From: Alphaproteobacteria bacterium
GTDB lineage: Bacteria > Pseudomonadota > Alphaproteobacteria > CALKHQ01
Direction of reading: 5' to 3'
Length of the DNA stretch: 64,000 nt
NCBI GenBank assembly: GCA_965227515.1
Contig: CBDDFZ010000002.1
Coordinates: forward strand, 160,001 to 224,000
Made by a program: the position numbers and the translations under genes. Below, in pieces: positions 27,892 to 37,011 of the stretch (position 1 is its first letter; each line of letters begins with the position of its first letter). The notes beneath the pieces were generated by a model. That model did not search any database and was not told the DNA's origin. It saw only the letters and a list, made by a program, of their open reading frames with translations.

Positions 27892-29022
27892 ATGATGAGC
27901 AACCGCAAACTGCAAGATGGGGTTGGGATCATCGCCATGGTGGCGATGGCGACAGCCGTGACGACCACGATGGCGTCCGCCGATCCGCGTGCGGCGCTGG
28001 ATGAGCTGCAGCAGACCGTGCTGAGTACCGGCCCCGGCGGCGAGCAGCCGACCGCGGCGAGCGAGGTGGTGCTGAGTGACGACGAGGTCGCCCAGGTCCA
28101 GGCCATGGGGGCGACCGCCGCGCTGGTCTTCCACTATGGCGGCAACGACTGGTCGCAGGCCCAGCTTGACGGGATGACCGCGCGGTTCGCCGAGCTCGGC
28201 ATTGAGGTCGTCGCGGTCACCGATGCCGGCTTCAAGCCCGAAAAGCAGGTGTCCGACATCGAGACCGTGCTGGCGCAGGAGCCGGACATCATCGTGTCGA
28301 TCCCGGTGGACCCGGTTGCCACGGCGGATGCCTATCAGCGGGCCGCCGATTCCGGCGTGCACCTGGTCTTCATGGACAATGTGCCCGCCGGCATGACCGT
28401 GGGCGAAGACTACGTATCCGTCGTTTCCGCCGACAATTACGGCAACGGCGTTGCGTCCGCGCACCTGATGGCGGAGGCGCTGGACAGTGCCGGCAAGGTC
28501 GGCGTGATCTTTCATGCCGCCGACTTCTTCGTCACCCGCCAGCGTTACGACGCGTTCGTCGCGACCGTCGCCAGCGACTATCCGGACATTGAGATCGTGG
28601 TCGAAACCGGGATCGGCGGACCCGACTTCTCCGGCGAAGCCGAGCGGGCGGCGTCGGCCATGCTGACCGCCAACAGCGACATCGATGGCATCTGGGCGGT
28701 CTGGGACGTGCCGGCCGAGGGCGTTATCGCGGCGGCCCGCGTGGCCGGCCGCGACGATCTGGTCATCACCACCATCGACCTGGGCGAAAACGTCGCCATC
28801 AGCATCGCGCAAGAGAGCTTCGTCTACGGTCTCGGTGCCCAGCGGCCATACGACCAGGGCGTGACGGAGGCCAACCTTGCCGCCTATGCGCTTTTGGGCA
28901 AGGCGGCGCCGGACTATGTCGCGCTGCCTGCCTTGCCGGTCAGCCGTGACAATCTGATCGATGCGTGGAGCACGGTCTATCACGCCGATGCGCCCGACAC
29001 CGTGCAGAGTTCCATGGAATAG
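27892..29022 (+). CDS. Sugar ABC substrate-binding protein (candidate levoglucosan-binding)
   Basis: Signal peptide, GGAGG RBS, Peripla_BP pattern; lies between lgdB-like and lgdA-like genes. Confidence 0.85.
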   Translation: MMSNRKLQDGVGIIAMVAMATAVTTTMASADPRAALDELQQTVLSTGPGGEQPTAASEVVLSDDEVAQVQAMGATAALVFHYGGNDWSQAQLDGMTARFAELGIEVVAVTDAGFKPEKQVSDIETVLAQEPDIIVSIPVDPVATADAYQRAADSGVHLVFMDNVPAGMTVGEDYVSVVSADNYGNGVASAHLMAEALDSAGKVGVIFHAADFFVTRQRYDAFVATVASDYPDIEIVVETGIGGPDFSGEAERAASAMLTANSDIDGIWAVWDVPAEGVIAAARVAGRDDLVITTIDLGENVAISIAQESFVYGLGAQRPYDQGVTEANLAAYALLGKAAPDYVALPALPVSRDNLIDAWSTVYHADAPDTVQSSME

Positions 29023-29060
29023 CCCAGACGGCCCCCGGGCCGAACCGCAGACCACCCCGA

Positions 29061-29084
29061 CCCGGGACGCATCGGCGTCCCGGG
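29061..29084 (+). other. Intercistronic stem-loop after the SBP gene
   Basis: CCCGGGACGC-ATCG-GCGTCCCGGG, perfect 10-bp stem with no U-tail. Confidence 0.6.
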
Positions 29085-29118
29085 CCCCTCACTCACGTCC
29101 GGGCATGGAGACCGCACA

Positions 29119-30285
29119 ATGAGGACTATCAATATCGGCATGATCGGCAGCGGTTTCATGGGCAAGGCCCACTCGCTCGCCTACGCCGCCATGCCGATGT
29201 TCTTCTGGCCGGCACCCGCCATTCCCGTGCGTGCCATGGTGGCGGACGTGAACGAGGACCTGGCGCGCGACGCCGCCCAACGCTACGGGTACGCGCGTCA
29301 TACCGGGGACTGGCGGCAGATCATCGATGACGACGCTATCGACGTCGTCGATATCGCGACGCCCAATGACCTGCATGAGGAGATCGCGGTTGCCGCGGCA
29401 CAGGCCGGCAAGCACGTCTTCTGCGAGAAGCCGCTGGCACGGACCGCGGCGGAGAGCCGCCGCATGCTGGATGCCGTGAATGCCGCCGGCGTCACCCACA
29501 TGGTGGCATTCAACTATCGCCGCACGCCGGCGGTGACGACCGCTGCGCGTATGATCGCCAAGGGTGAGATCGGTGAGATCCTGAGTTTTCGCGGCACCTA
29601 TCTGCAGGACTGGTCGGCGGACCCCGATGCGCCGCTCTCGTGGCGGTTCCAGAAGTCGGTCGCCGGCTCCGGCGCGATGGGCGACATCGGCACCCACGTG
29701 ATCGATATGGCGCGCATGCTGGTTGGCGAGATTGTCGCGGTCAACGCGATCGCCAAGACCTATGTCCCGACGCGCCCGATTCAGGCCGGCGGGCTCGACA
29801 AGCTGGGCGCGGCCGAGAAGGGCGGCGGCGACACGCCGCGCGGCGAGGTCGATGTCGACGACGAGATCCTGACCCTGGTGCGCTTTGCCAATGGTGCGAC
29901 CGGCACCATCGAGGCCACCCGCAACGCCCATGGCCGCAACAACTTCCTGACCTTCGAAGTGCACGGCACCACGGGCTCGATCCTGTTCGACTACGAGCGC
30001 CGCGACGAACTGCAGATCTGTTTCGCCGATGACCCGGCGGACCGGAAGGGCTTCCGTACGGTCTTCACGGGTCCGTCCCATGCCTATGGCGAGGCATTGT
30101 GGCCGATCCCGGCGCTGGGCATTGGCTATGGCGAAACCAAGATCATCGAGTGCTATGACTTCATGAAGGCCATCGTCGACGGCACCCAACCGTCTCCCAA
30201 TTTCGAGGATGGCCATCGTATCGCGGTGATCACCGACGCCATTCTGGCTTCGGCCGAACAGAAGTGCTGGCTCGATGTCGCCTGA
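29119..30285 (+). CDS. lgdA: Gfo/Idh/MocA oxidoreductase, levoglucosan dehydrogenase-like
   Basis: GFMGKAHSLAYAAMPMFFWPAPA, CEKP, YLQDWSADP, EATRNAHGRNN and LWPIPALGIGYGETKIIE match my recollection of characterised actinobacterial levoglucosan dehydrogenase. Confidence 0.82.
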   Translation: MRTINIGMIGSGFMGKAHSLAYAAMPMFFWPAPAIPVRAMVADVNEDLARDAAQRYGYARHTGDWRQIIDDDAIDVVDIATPNDLHEEIAVAAAQAGKHVFCEKPLARTAAESRRMLDAVNAAGVTHMVAFNYRRTPAVTTAARMIAKGEIGEILSFRGTYLQDWSADPDAPLSWRFQKSVAGSGAMGDIGTHVIDMARMLVGEIVAVNAIAKTYVPTRPIQAGGLDKLGAAEKGGGDTPRGEVDVDDEILTLVRFANGATGTIEATRNAHGRNNFLTFEVHGTTGSILFDYERRDELQICFADDPADRKGFRTVFTGPSHAYGEALWPIPALGIGYGETKIIECYDFMKAIVDGTQPSPNFEDGHRIAVITDAILASAEQKCWLDVA

Positions 30286-31882
30286 TATGACGGCGGACAT
30301 GCGCACCGATAACGTGGCTGCGGCGGCCGGCGACGCGCTGGCCGTCGATATGGTGGGTATCTCGAAGGCTTTTGGCGGGGTGCAGGCGTTGAAGGACGTC
30401 AGTTTCTCGGCGGAGTTCGGTGAAATCCACGCCCTGGTCGGCGAGAATGGCGCCGGCAAGTCGACGATCCTGAAGATCTTGCGCGGTGTGCATGTGCCCG
30501 ACAGCGGCGACATCAGCATCGCTGGCGTGCCGCTGACCACCCACGCCGCGGAGGCCTCCCGCCAGATGGGCGTGGCGATGATCTTCCAGGAGATGAGCCT
30601 GGTGCCATCGCTGAGCGTCGCGCAGAACGTGTTCCTGGCCCGCGAAGCGCTGAATGGCATCGGCCTGATCGACGACCGCCAAGCCGAGCGGCGGACTCGT
30701 GCGTTGTTCGAGCAACTGGGCGTGAAGATCGATCCGCGCGCGCCGGTCAGCAGCCTGAGCACCGGTCAGCGCCAGTTGACGGAGATCGCCAAGGCCCTGT
30801 CACAGGACGCGCGGGTCCTGGTGCTCGACGAACCGACGTCGGCGCTGAGTGCCAGCGAGACCGACGTGCTGTTCGCCTTCCTGCAGCGGATTCGCTCAGA
30901 GGGCGTATGTGTGATCTACGTGTCGCACCGGATGGAAGAGGTGTTTGCAATCGCCGACCGGGCAACTGTTTTGCGCGACGGCAGGCACATCATCACGGTG
31001 CCGCTTGCCGAACTGACCATGGAGGAGATGGTCCAGCACATCGTCGGGCGCCGCGTCGGGGCCTTCGCCTGGCGCGCGCACGATGTCGATCGCACCGCTA
31101 CGCCCTTGCTTTCGGTCACCGGGGTTAGTGGGGTGGAAAAGCCCACGGACGTCTCATTCGATCTCCATGCCGGCGAGATTTTGGGGATCGGCGGCCTGTT
31201 GGGCAGCGGGCGCAGCGAGCTGGCGCGCGTGTTGTGCGGCATCGACCCTCTGCGGGCAGGAACCATCCGACTGCGCGGGACGGAGATCCGTGTCTCGACC
31301 CCGCGCGACGCCATCGCACGGGGCATCGCCTTGATCCCCGAGGACCGGGTCCGCCAGGGCCTGATCCCACAGCACGATATCGGCGACAATGTGCGCCTGA
31401 CGGTGCTCGAGCGCATCTGCACCAAGGGCTTCGTCGACGATCGCAGGGGCAGGGCGCTGGTTGACGACCTGATGGGACAACTGCGGATCAAGGCGACGTC
31501 GCAGGACACCCTGGTGCGCAACCTCTCCGGCGGCAACCAGCAAAAGGTGGTGCTCGCCAAATGGCTGGCGGCGACCCCGGACATTCTGGTGCTGGACGAA
31601 CCGACAGCCGGTGTCGACATCGGCAGCAAGGTCGAGATCGTCGACTTGATCCGGGCGATGGCCGATGCCGGCAAGGGCATCATCTTCATCTCGTCGGAGC
31701 TGGCCGAGCTGCTGGCGGCCAGCGACCGCATCGTGGTCCTCAACGACGGTCGGCTGGCCAGGGAGATCAGCCGCGAGGAGATCAATGGCTGGTCGGCGGA
31801 CCTGACCGAGCCGGATGCACGCATTGCGGCTTCGGAGCATGGTTTGCAATTGGCGATGCAGCAGGCGGCCGGTCATGCCTGA
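30275..31882 (+). CDS. Sugar ABC ATP-binding protein (double NBD)
   Basis: GENGAGKS, LDEPTSAL, PEDR, LSGGNQQKV; exact start (30275/30287/30299) uncertain. Confidence 0.9.
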   Translation: MSPDMTADMRTDNVAAAAGDALAVDMVGISKAFGGVQALKDVSFSAEFGEIHALVGENGAGKSTILKILRGVHVPDSGDISIAGVPLTTHAAEASRQMGVAMIFQEMSLVPSLSVAQNVFLAREALNGIGLIDDRQAERRTRALFEQLGVKIDPRAPVSSLSTGQRQLTEIAKALSQDARVLVLDEPTSALSASETDVLFAFLQRIRSEGVCVIYVSHRMEEVFAIADRATVLRDGRHIITVPLAELTMEEMVQHIVGRRVGAFAWRAHDVDRTATPLLSVTGVSGVEKPTDVSFDLHAGEILGIGGLLGSGRSELARVLCGIDPLRAGTIRLRGTEIRVSTPRDAIARGIALIPEDRVRQGLIPQHDIGDNVRLTVLERICTKGFVDDRRGRALVDDLMGQLRIKATSQDTLVRNLSGGNQQKVVLAKWLAATPDILVLDEPTAGVDIGSKVEIVDLIRAMADAGKGIIFISSELAELLAASDRIVVLNDGRLAREISREEINGWSADLTEPDARIAASEHGLQLAMQQAAGHA

Positions 31883-32840
31883 TATCGGAACGCGGGGCCA
31901 GCGCGCCGATCGGCTCGCATCCATCGATTGGCGGCAATACGTCATCTACATCGGGTTCGTGATCGTTTTCGTGTTCTTCGCGGTCACCCTGTTCGACAAG
32001 GGTTTCCTGACCCCCAATAACCTGCTCAACATCGTGCGCCAGAGCGCCATGATCGCCGTGATGGCGGTCGCCATGACGTTCGTGCTGGCCGCCGGAGAGA
32101 TCGACCTGTCCGTTGGCGCGGTCGCGGGTCTCGGCTCGGTGGTGACGGCGATGACCATATCCGCCTGGGGCTTCGTGCCCGGCGTTTGCGCCGGCCTTGC
32201 AACAGGGCTGGTCGTCGGCACCATCAACGGCGTGTTGACGACCAGGATCGGAATACCGTCGTTCCTGGTCTCGCTGGCGATGCTGGGCATAGCGCGGGGC
32301 GTCGCGATGTGGATCAGCGACACCGCCGCCATACCCATCCTGAACGAGACCTACACCTTCATCTTCGGTGCCGGGGATCTGGGTCCGATCCCGATCCTGC
32401 TTGTTTGGACCCTGATTGCCGCGGCCCTGGGCCATGTCACCCTGCGCAAGTCCCGCTTTGGCCGGCAGGTCATCGCCACAGGCGGCAACGAGACCGCCGC
32501 CCGTTTCAGTGGCATCGCCACCGGGCGCATGAAGTTCTACGTATTGCTGCTGTCATCGGTGACGGCGGCGGTGGCGGGCATGCTCTATGCGGGGCGGCTG
32601 CACACCGGCCGGTTCCAGTTCGGGGAAGGCGACGAGCTGTCGGTGATCGCTGCCTGCGTGCTGGGCGGCACCAGTTTGTTCGGCGGTTTCGGTACCGTCA
32701 TCGGGTCTGTCATCGGCGCGCTCATGATCAGCCTCATCAACAACGGGCTGATCCTCATGGGGCTGGACTTCAGTCAGCAGCTCATCGCGCGCGGCGTCAT
32801 CATCCTGCTGGCGGTTGGGCTGGGCCGGAAACGAGGCTGA
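31875..32840 (+). CDS. Sugar ABC permease
   Basis: GEIDLSVG, IPSFLVSL, RFGRQ..TGGNE.AA..SGI, LGGTSLFGG. Confidence 0.9.
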   Translation: MPDIGTRGQRADRLASIDWRQYVIYIGFVIVFVFFAVTLFDKGFLTPNNLLNIVRQSAMIAVMAVAMTFVLAAGEIDLSVGAVAGLGSVVTAMTISAWGFVPGVCAGLATGLVVGTINGVLTTRIGIPSFLVSLAMLGIARGVAMWISDTAAIPILNETYTFIFGAGDLGPIPILLVWTLIAAALGHVTLRKSRFGRQVIATGGNETAARFSGIATGRMKFYVLLLSSVTAAVAGMLYAGRLHTGRFQFGEGDELSVIAACVLGGTSLFGGFGTVIGSVIGALMISLINNGLILMGLDFSQQLIARGVIILLAVGLGRKRG

Positions 32841-32936
32841 ACGGGTAGCGGCGCCGTGGTGCGGTGGCCAGGGTCGGATGCTTGACCTATAAGGTCGCAG
32901 CAATGCACCGCACACCACAGACGACTGCCTGACCCC

Positions 32937-34676
32937 ATGACCGACCGCCGCCCAACTGGCCCGAAACCCACCGGCCCAAAACCCACTGGCATGCGCAGCC
33001 GCCTCGCCAACTATGGCGACCAGGACTTCTCGCTCTACCTGCGCAAGGCCTTCATCAAGGCGATGGGCTATTCGGACTCGGCGCTCGACCGGCCCATCAT
33101 CGGCATCACCGATACCTATTCCGGCTACAACGCCTGCCACCGCAACGTCCCCGACCTGATCGAGGCGATCAAGCGCGGCGTGCAGCATGCCGGCGGCATG
33201 CCGGTGCCGTTCCCGATCGTCTCGGTGCATGAGTCCTTTTCCAACCCGACCTCGATGTTCCTGCGCAACATGATGGCGATGTGCGCGGAGGAGATGATCC
33301 GCGCCCAGCCGATGGACGCGGTGATCCTGATCGGCGGCTGCGACAAGACCGTGCCGGCGTTGCTGATGGCGGCGGCCAGCGTCGACATCCCGGCGCTGAT
33401 GGTGGTGACGGGGCCGATGATCACGTCGACCCATCGCGGTCAGCGGCTGGGGGCCTGCACCGACTGCCGTCGCTTCTGGGGCGAGTTCCGCGCCGGCAAG
33501 ATCGACGCCGCCGAGATCGACGAGATCAGCGGGCGATTGGCGCCGGGGCCGGGCACCTGCATGGTGATGGGCACGGCGAGCACCATGGCGCTGGCGACCG
33601 AGGCGATGGGCATGATGCTGCCCGGCGGGGCGGCGATCCCCGCCGTGCACGCCGACCGGCTGCGCCATGCCGAGGCCAGTGGAGCGGCGGCGGTGCGGCT
33701 GGCGGCCGACGGGCCGCGCCCGACCGAAGTGATGACCGAACGGTCGATGCGCAATGCGTTGCGCGTGGTGCAGGCGGTGGGCGGGTCGACCAATGCCATC
33801 GTGCACCTGGCCGCCGTCGCCGGTCGGCTCGGTTTCGATCTCGACTACGACGACCTCGACCGCATGGGTACCGAAACCCCGGTAGTGGTTGATCTGAAGC
33901 CGACCGGCGCGCACTACATGGAAGACCTGTTCGCCGCCGGCGGGCTGACCACAGTGCTGCGCGAAATCGGCGAGGTGATCGACCGCGACTGTCTGACGGT
34001 CACCGGCAAGACGCTGGGCGAGAATGTCGACGACCAGCCGACGTCGTGGCCGCAGGAGGTGGTACGCCCGCTTAACGTCGGCGGTGCGATCCGTATGTTG
34101 CGCGGCAACCTGGCGCCGCAGGGGGCGCTGATCAAGCAGGCGGCGGCGACGCCGGCATTGTTGCAGCACCGGGGCCGCGCGGTTGTGTTCTCCTCGCTAG
34201 CCGACATGGCCGCGCGTATCGACGATCCGGACCTAGATGTGCACCCCGACGATGTGCTGGTGCTGCAGAACGCCGGGCCGAAGGGCGCGCCCGGCATGCC
34301 GGAGGCCGGTTACATCCCGATCCCGAAGAAGCTCGCCGCCCAGGGCGTGCGCGACATGGTGCGCATCTCCGACGCGCGGATGAGCGGGACGGCGTTCGGC
34401 ACCATCGTGCTGCACATCTCGCCGGAGGCGGCTGTCGGCGGACCGCTGGGCTTGGTGCGCGACGGCGACATCGTAGAACTCGACGTCGAGGGTCGACGCC
34501 TACAGCTCGGCGTGGACGAGACCGAACTCGCCGCCCGTCGCGCTGCTTGGCAGGCCCCCGCCTCCGATGCGGGCCGCGGCTACGAGCGGCTCCACTTCAG
34601 CCAGGTCCTGCAGGCCGAGGACGGCTGCGACTTCGACTTCCTGCGCAAGCATCCGCGCAACCCGGCAGGCATCTGA
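32937..34676 (+). CDS. IlvD/Edd-family dehydratase (dihydroxy-acid/sugar-acid dehydratase)
   Basis: NACH, GGCDKT, GTCMVMGTAS, GGSTN, GNLAP.GA, GPKG.PGMPE, SDARMSGT. Confidence 0.9.
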   Translation: MTDRRPTGPKPTGPKPTGMRSRLANYGDQDFSLYLRKAFIKAMGYSDSALDRPIIGITDTYSGYNACHRNVPDLIEAIKRGVQHAGGMPVPFPIVSVHESFSNPTSMFLRNMMAMCAEEMIRAQPMDAVILIGGCDKTVPALLMAAASVDIPALMVVTGPMITSTHRGQRLGACTDCRRFWGEFRAGKIDAAEIDEISGRLAPGPGTCMVMGTASTMALATEAMGMMLPGGAAIPAVHADRLRHAEASGAAAVRLAADGPRPTEVMTERSMRNALRVVQAVGGSTNAIVHLAAVAGRLGFDLDYDDLDRMGTETPVVVDLKPTGAHYMEDLFAAGGLTTVLREIGEVIDRDCLTVTGKTLGENVDDQPTSWPQEVVRPLNVGGAIRMLRGNLAPQGALIKQAAATPALLQHRGRAVVFSSLADMAARIDDPDLDVHPDDVLVLQNAGPKGAPGMPEAGYIPIPKKLAAQGVRDMVRISDARMSGTAFGTIVLHISPEAAVGGPLGLVRDGDIVELDVEGRRLQLGVDETELAARRAAWQAPASDAGRGYERLHFSQVLQAEDGCDFDFLRKHPRNPAGI

Positions 34677-34703
34677 CCCCACACCCCGCCGGGTGGGGAT
34701 TGG

Positions 34704-35459
34704 TTATGGCCTAGGCCCGATCCCGATGGGCAGCGCGGGTCCGTCGTTCGGTTCCCATGGGCTGTCCGACAGGCCGAGGCTGACCTTGATAAGCTCGCCG
34801 TGCTCACGGAACAGGGCTTCGGCACGGGCGCCGTCCCGCGCCGTCATCGCCGCGACCATGTAGTGGTGCTGCAAGTGGGCCTGGTGCAGGTGGACCGCGC
34901 GATTGCCCGGCGCCATGCGGTCGAACCGGATGGACGCGGGGTCGCCATAGGGCACGCGGTCGAGCACGGCGCGGACGTCTAGCATCAACGGAATGCCGAC
35001 CGCGCGCAGAACCAGTTCGTGAAACGTCGCGTTCATCGCCGCATAGCGCGCCTCGTCGACGACCCCGTCCTGCACGTCGCGAAAGATCGCGTCGCCGTCG
35101 GCAAGGCACGACGCCAGCTCTGCGGCGATGTCCGGTTTCAGCCCCGCCAGCGCCGCCTTTTTCGCGGCCAACCCCTCGATCGCGGCGCGCATCTCGATCG
35201 CCGCTTCGACATCCCTGGCGTCATAGCGCCGGACGACATAGCCGCGGCCGCCCGCGCGCTGCATCACGCCCTCTTCGATCAGCACCGCCAGCGCGTGGCG
35301 AATGGGCGTGCGCGACACGCCGAGGCGTTCGGCCAGCGCCACCTCGGAATGCTTCTTGCCGGGTTCCAGCGTGCCGTTGATCGCGTAGACGCGCAGCGTG
35401 TCGACCACGTGCTTCTGCAGCGTCTCTCCGCCCGATGGCGTGTCGGGTGTGGCGCTCAT
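34704..35459 (-). CDS. GntR (FadR/VanR subfamily) transcriptional regulator
   Basis: SEVALAERLGVSRTPIRHAL wHTH, FCD domain (NATFH..HLQH..EH); ATGA overlap with the demethylase gene. Confidence 0.9.
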   Translation of the reverse strand: MSATPDTPSGGETLQKHVVDTLRVYAINGTLEPGKKHSEVALAERLGVSRTPIRHALAVLIEEGVMQRAGGRGYVVRRYDARDVEAAIEMRAAIEGLAAKKAALAGLKPDIAAELASCLADGDAIFRDVQDGVVDEARYAAMNATFHELVLRAVGIPLMLDVRAVLDRVPYGDPASIRFDRMAPGNRAVHLHQAHLQHHYMVAAMTARDGARAEALFREHGELIKVSLGLSDSPWEPNDGPALPIGIGPRP

Positions 35460-36838
35460 GTCTGCCGCCGATAGGCTTTGCGCGACGCCTCGCCAATCGG
35501 CCAAGGGTGGATGGACGCGCGGACATTCGCCTGGCGGTGGCGTTCGACGTTCGGCTTGTCGGTCCCGCCGTCCGGCTCGCCCCAGACCACCGAGACCTCG
35601 TTGCCGTCCACGGCAATGTCGGGGTCGAGGATCGCGAGCGAGATCCACGCCCGCTCGTTGGCGGAGAAGACGGGGCTGATCGACACGCCGACGTCCTGCG
35701 AGCCGTTCGGGCCATCCGCTAACACCCGGTCATAGGGGTGGGTGGCGTAGTAGGCGGAGGGCATCTCCATGTACTTCGTCGGCAGCGCCTTGTCGTCCAT
35801 CATCCCGGCGAACACGGAGAGGACATCGGTTTTATCCCAGACCAGCGTCACCTTGCGGCGATGGGGGCCGGCCGCCATCCGCTCCAGTGCCGCGCGGCCG
35901 ATGAAGTCGTGGTCGAACTTGACCACGCGGCCGTAGTCCAGGTCCCACGGGGTCAGGTAGTAGTCGGCCACATCCTCGGAGGCGAAGCTGCCGCCGATGG
36001 TGCTCACCCCCTCGAAACTGTCCTCGCCCAGCCACTGCCGGTAGGGCCTCATGGCCTCGCCCGTGTAGATCGCCGGCAGCGGGGACGGGATCCAGCCGGA
36101 CTCCGCGGCCGCGGACGAATAGGCCCGCGCGCCGACCTGGCGCAGCCCGTGGGCCGCGCCCGCCTCCAGCAGGGCCGCCTTCACCTTGGGCCCGTCCGCA
36201 TACGGTCCCCAAATCTCCAGCCCCTCGGAGCCGCCCATGCCGTGGCAAAGGGTGCGCGCGCGGCAGCCGGCGATGGTGATCTCGCCCATGTTGAAGAACT
36301 TGGTGGTCAGCGGGCCGCCCTCGTTGACCTGGTTCAGGATCGCCAGCGCGTTCGGACCCTGCACCTCGTAGCGGTAGCACTTGCGCGGCGCGTCGGGCGC
36401 ATCGAGGGTGCGCTGGTCGCGTTCGACCGTAACGTCGTAGCCGCCGGTCTCGGCGTGATATTGTATCCAATTCGGCAGCACCGGCCGGCCGACGACATTG
36501 AAGCTGTCGTCCTCCAGCGCGAAGCAGATGCCGTCCCCGATGACGTAGCCGTCGTGGTTCACGCAGACCATCTGCTTGGCCTTGTTCCGCCCGAAGGTCG
36601 CGAAGCTGTTCACCGCGAGGTCTGAGAGCAGGCGCTTCGCATCCGGCCCGCTGACATGGAGGTCGGTCATGTGGAACGACTGGTCCATCAGCGCGGCGGT
36701 CTCGCGCCACGCCCGCTGTTCCTCGATCCAGTTGGTGAACTCGGGCGCGATCGGGAACTGGTAGCGCCCGGTCTTCAGGTTGCGCAGCATCCGCGCCGGG
36801 TTGGGATACCGGGCGATCTTGTCTTCGAGCGATGCCAT
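35456..36838 (-). CDS. Aminomethyltransferase-family THF-dependent aryl O-demethylase (LigM/DesA-like)
   Basis: EFTNWIEEQRAW, DQSFHM, GYVIGDGI, YRYEVQGP, ESGWIPSPLPAIY, FDHDFIGR, VERHRQ. Confidence 0.85.
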   Translation of the reverse strand: MASLEDKIARYPNPARMLRNLKTGRYQFPIAPEFTNWIEEQRAWRETAALMDQSFHMTDLHVSGPDAKRLLSDLAVNSFATFGRNKAKQMVCVNHDGYVIGDGICFALEDDSFNVVGRPVLPNWIQYHAETGGYDVTVERDQRTLDAPDAPRKCYRYEVQGPNALAILNQVNEGGPLTTKFFNMGEITIAGCRARTLCHGMGGSEGLEIWGPYADGPKVKAALLEAGAAHGLRQVGARAYSSAAAESGWIPSPLPAIYTGEAMRPYRQWLGEDSFEGVSTIGGSFASEDVADYYLTPWDLDYGRVVKFDHDFIGRAALERMAAGPHRRKVTLVWDKTDVLSVFAGMMDDKALPTKYMEMPSAYYATHPYDRVLADGPNGSQDVGVSISPVFSANERAWISLAILDPDIAVDGNEVSVVWGEPDGGTDKPNVERHRQANVRASIHPWPIGEASRKAYRRQT

Positions 36839-37011
36839 CTGGCTGCCCTCCCGCGAGATAGGTTATGCTCGGCTTGACGCGAGTTTGGTGCGCCAATACA
36901 AGAATTATCGCCCGCTGGGAAGGTCTGCGGGCGAATTTGGGATACAAACGTGGCCGGGTGCGGTCCGAAAGGACACGCCAGCCACGCAAGAACAAACCTG
37001 GGAGGAGACGC

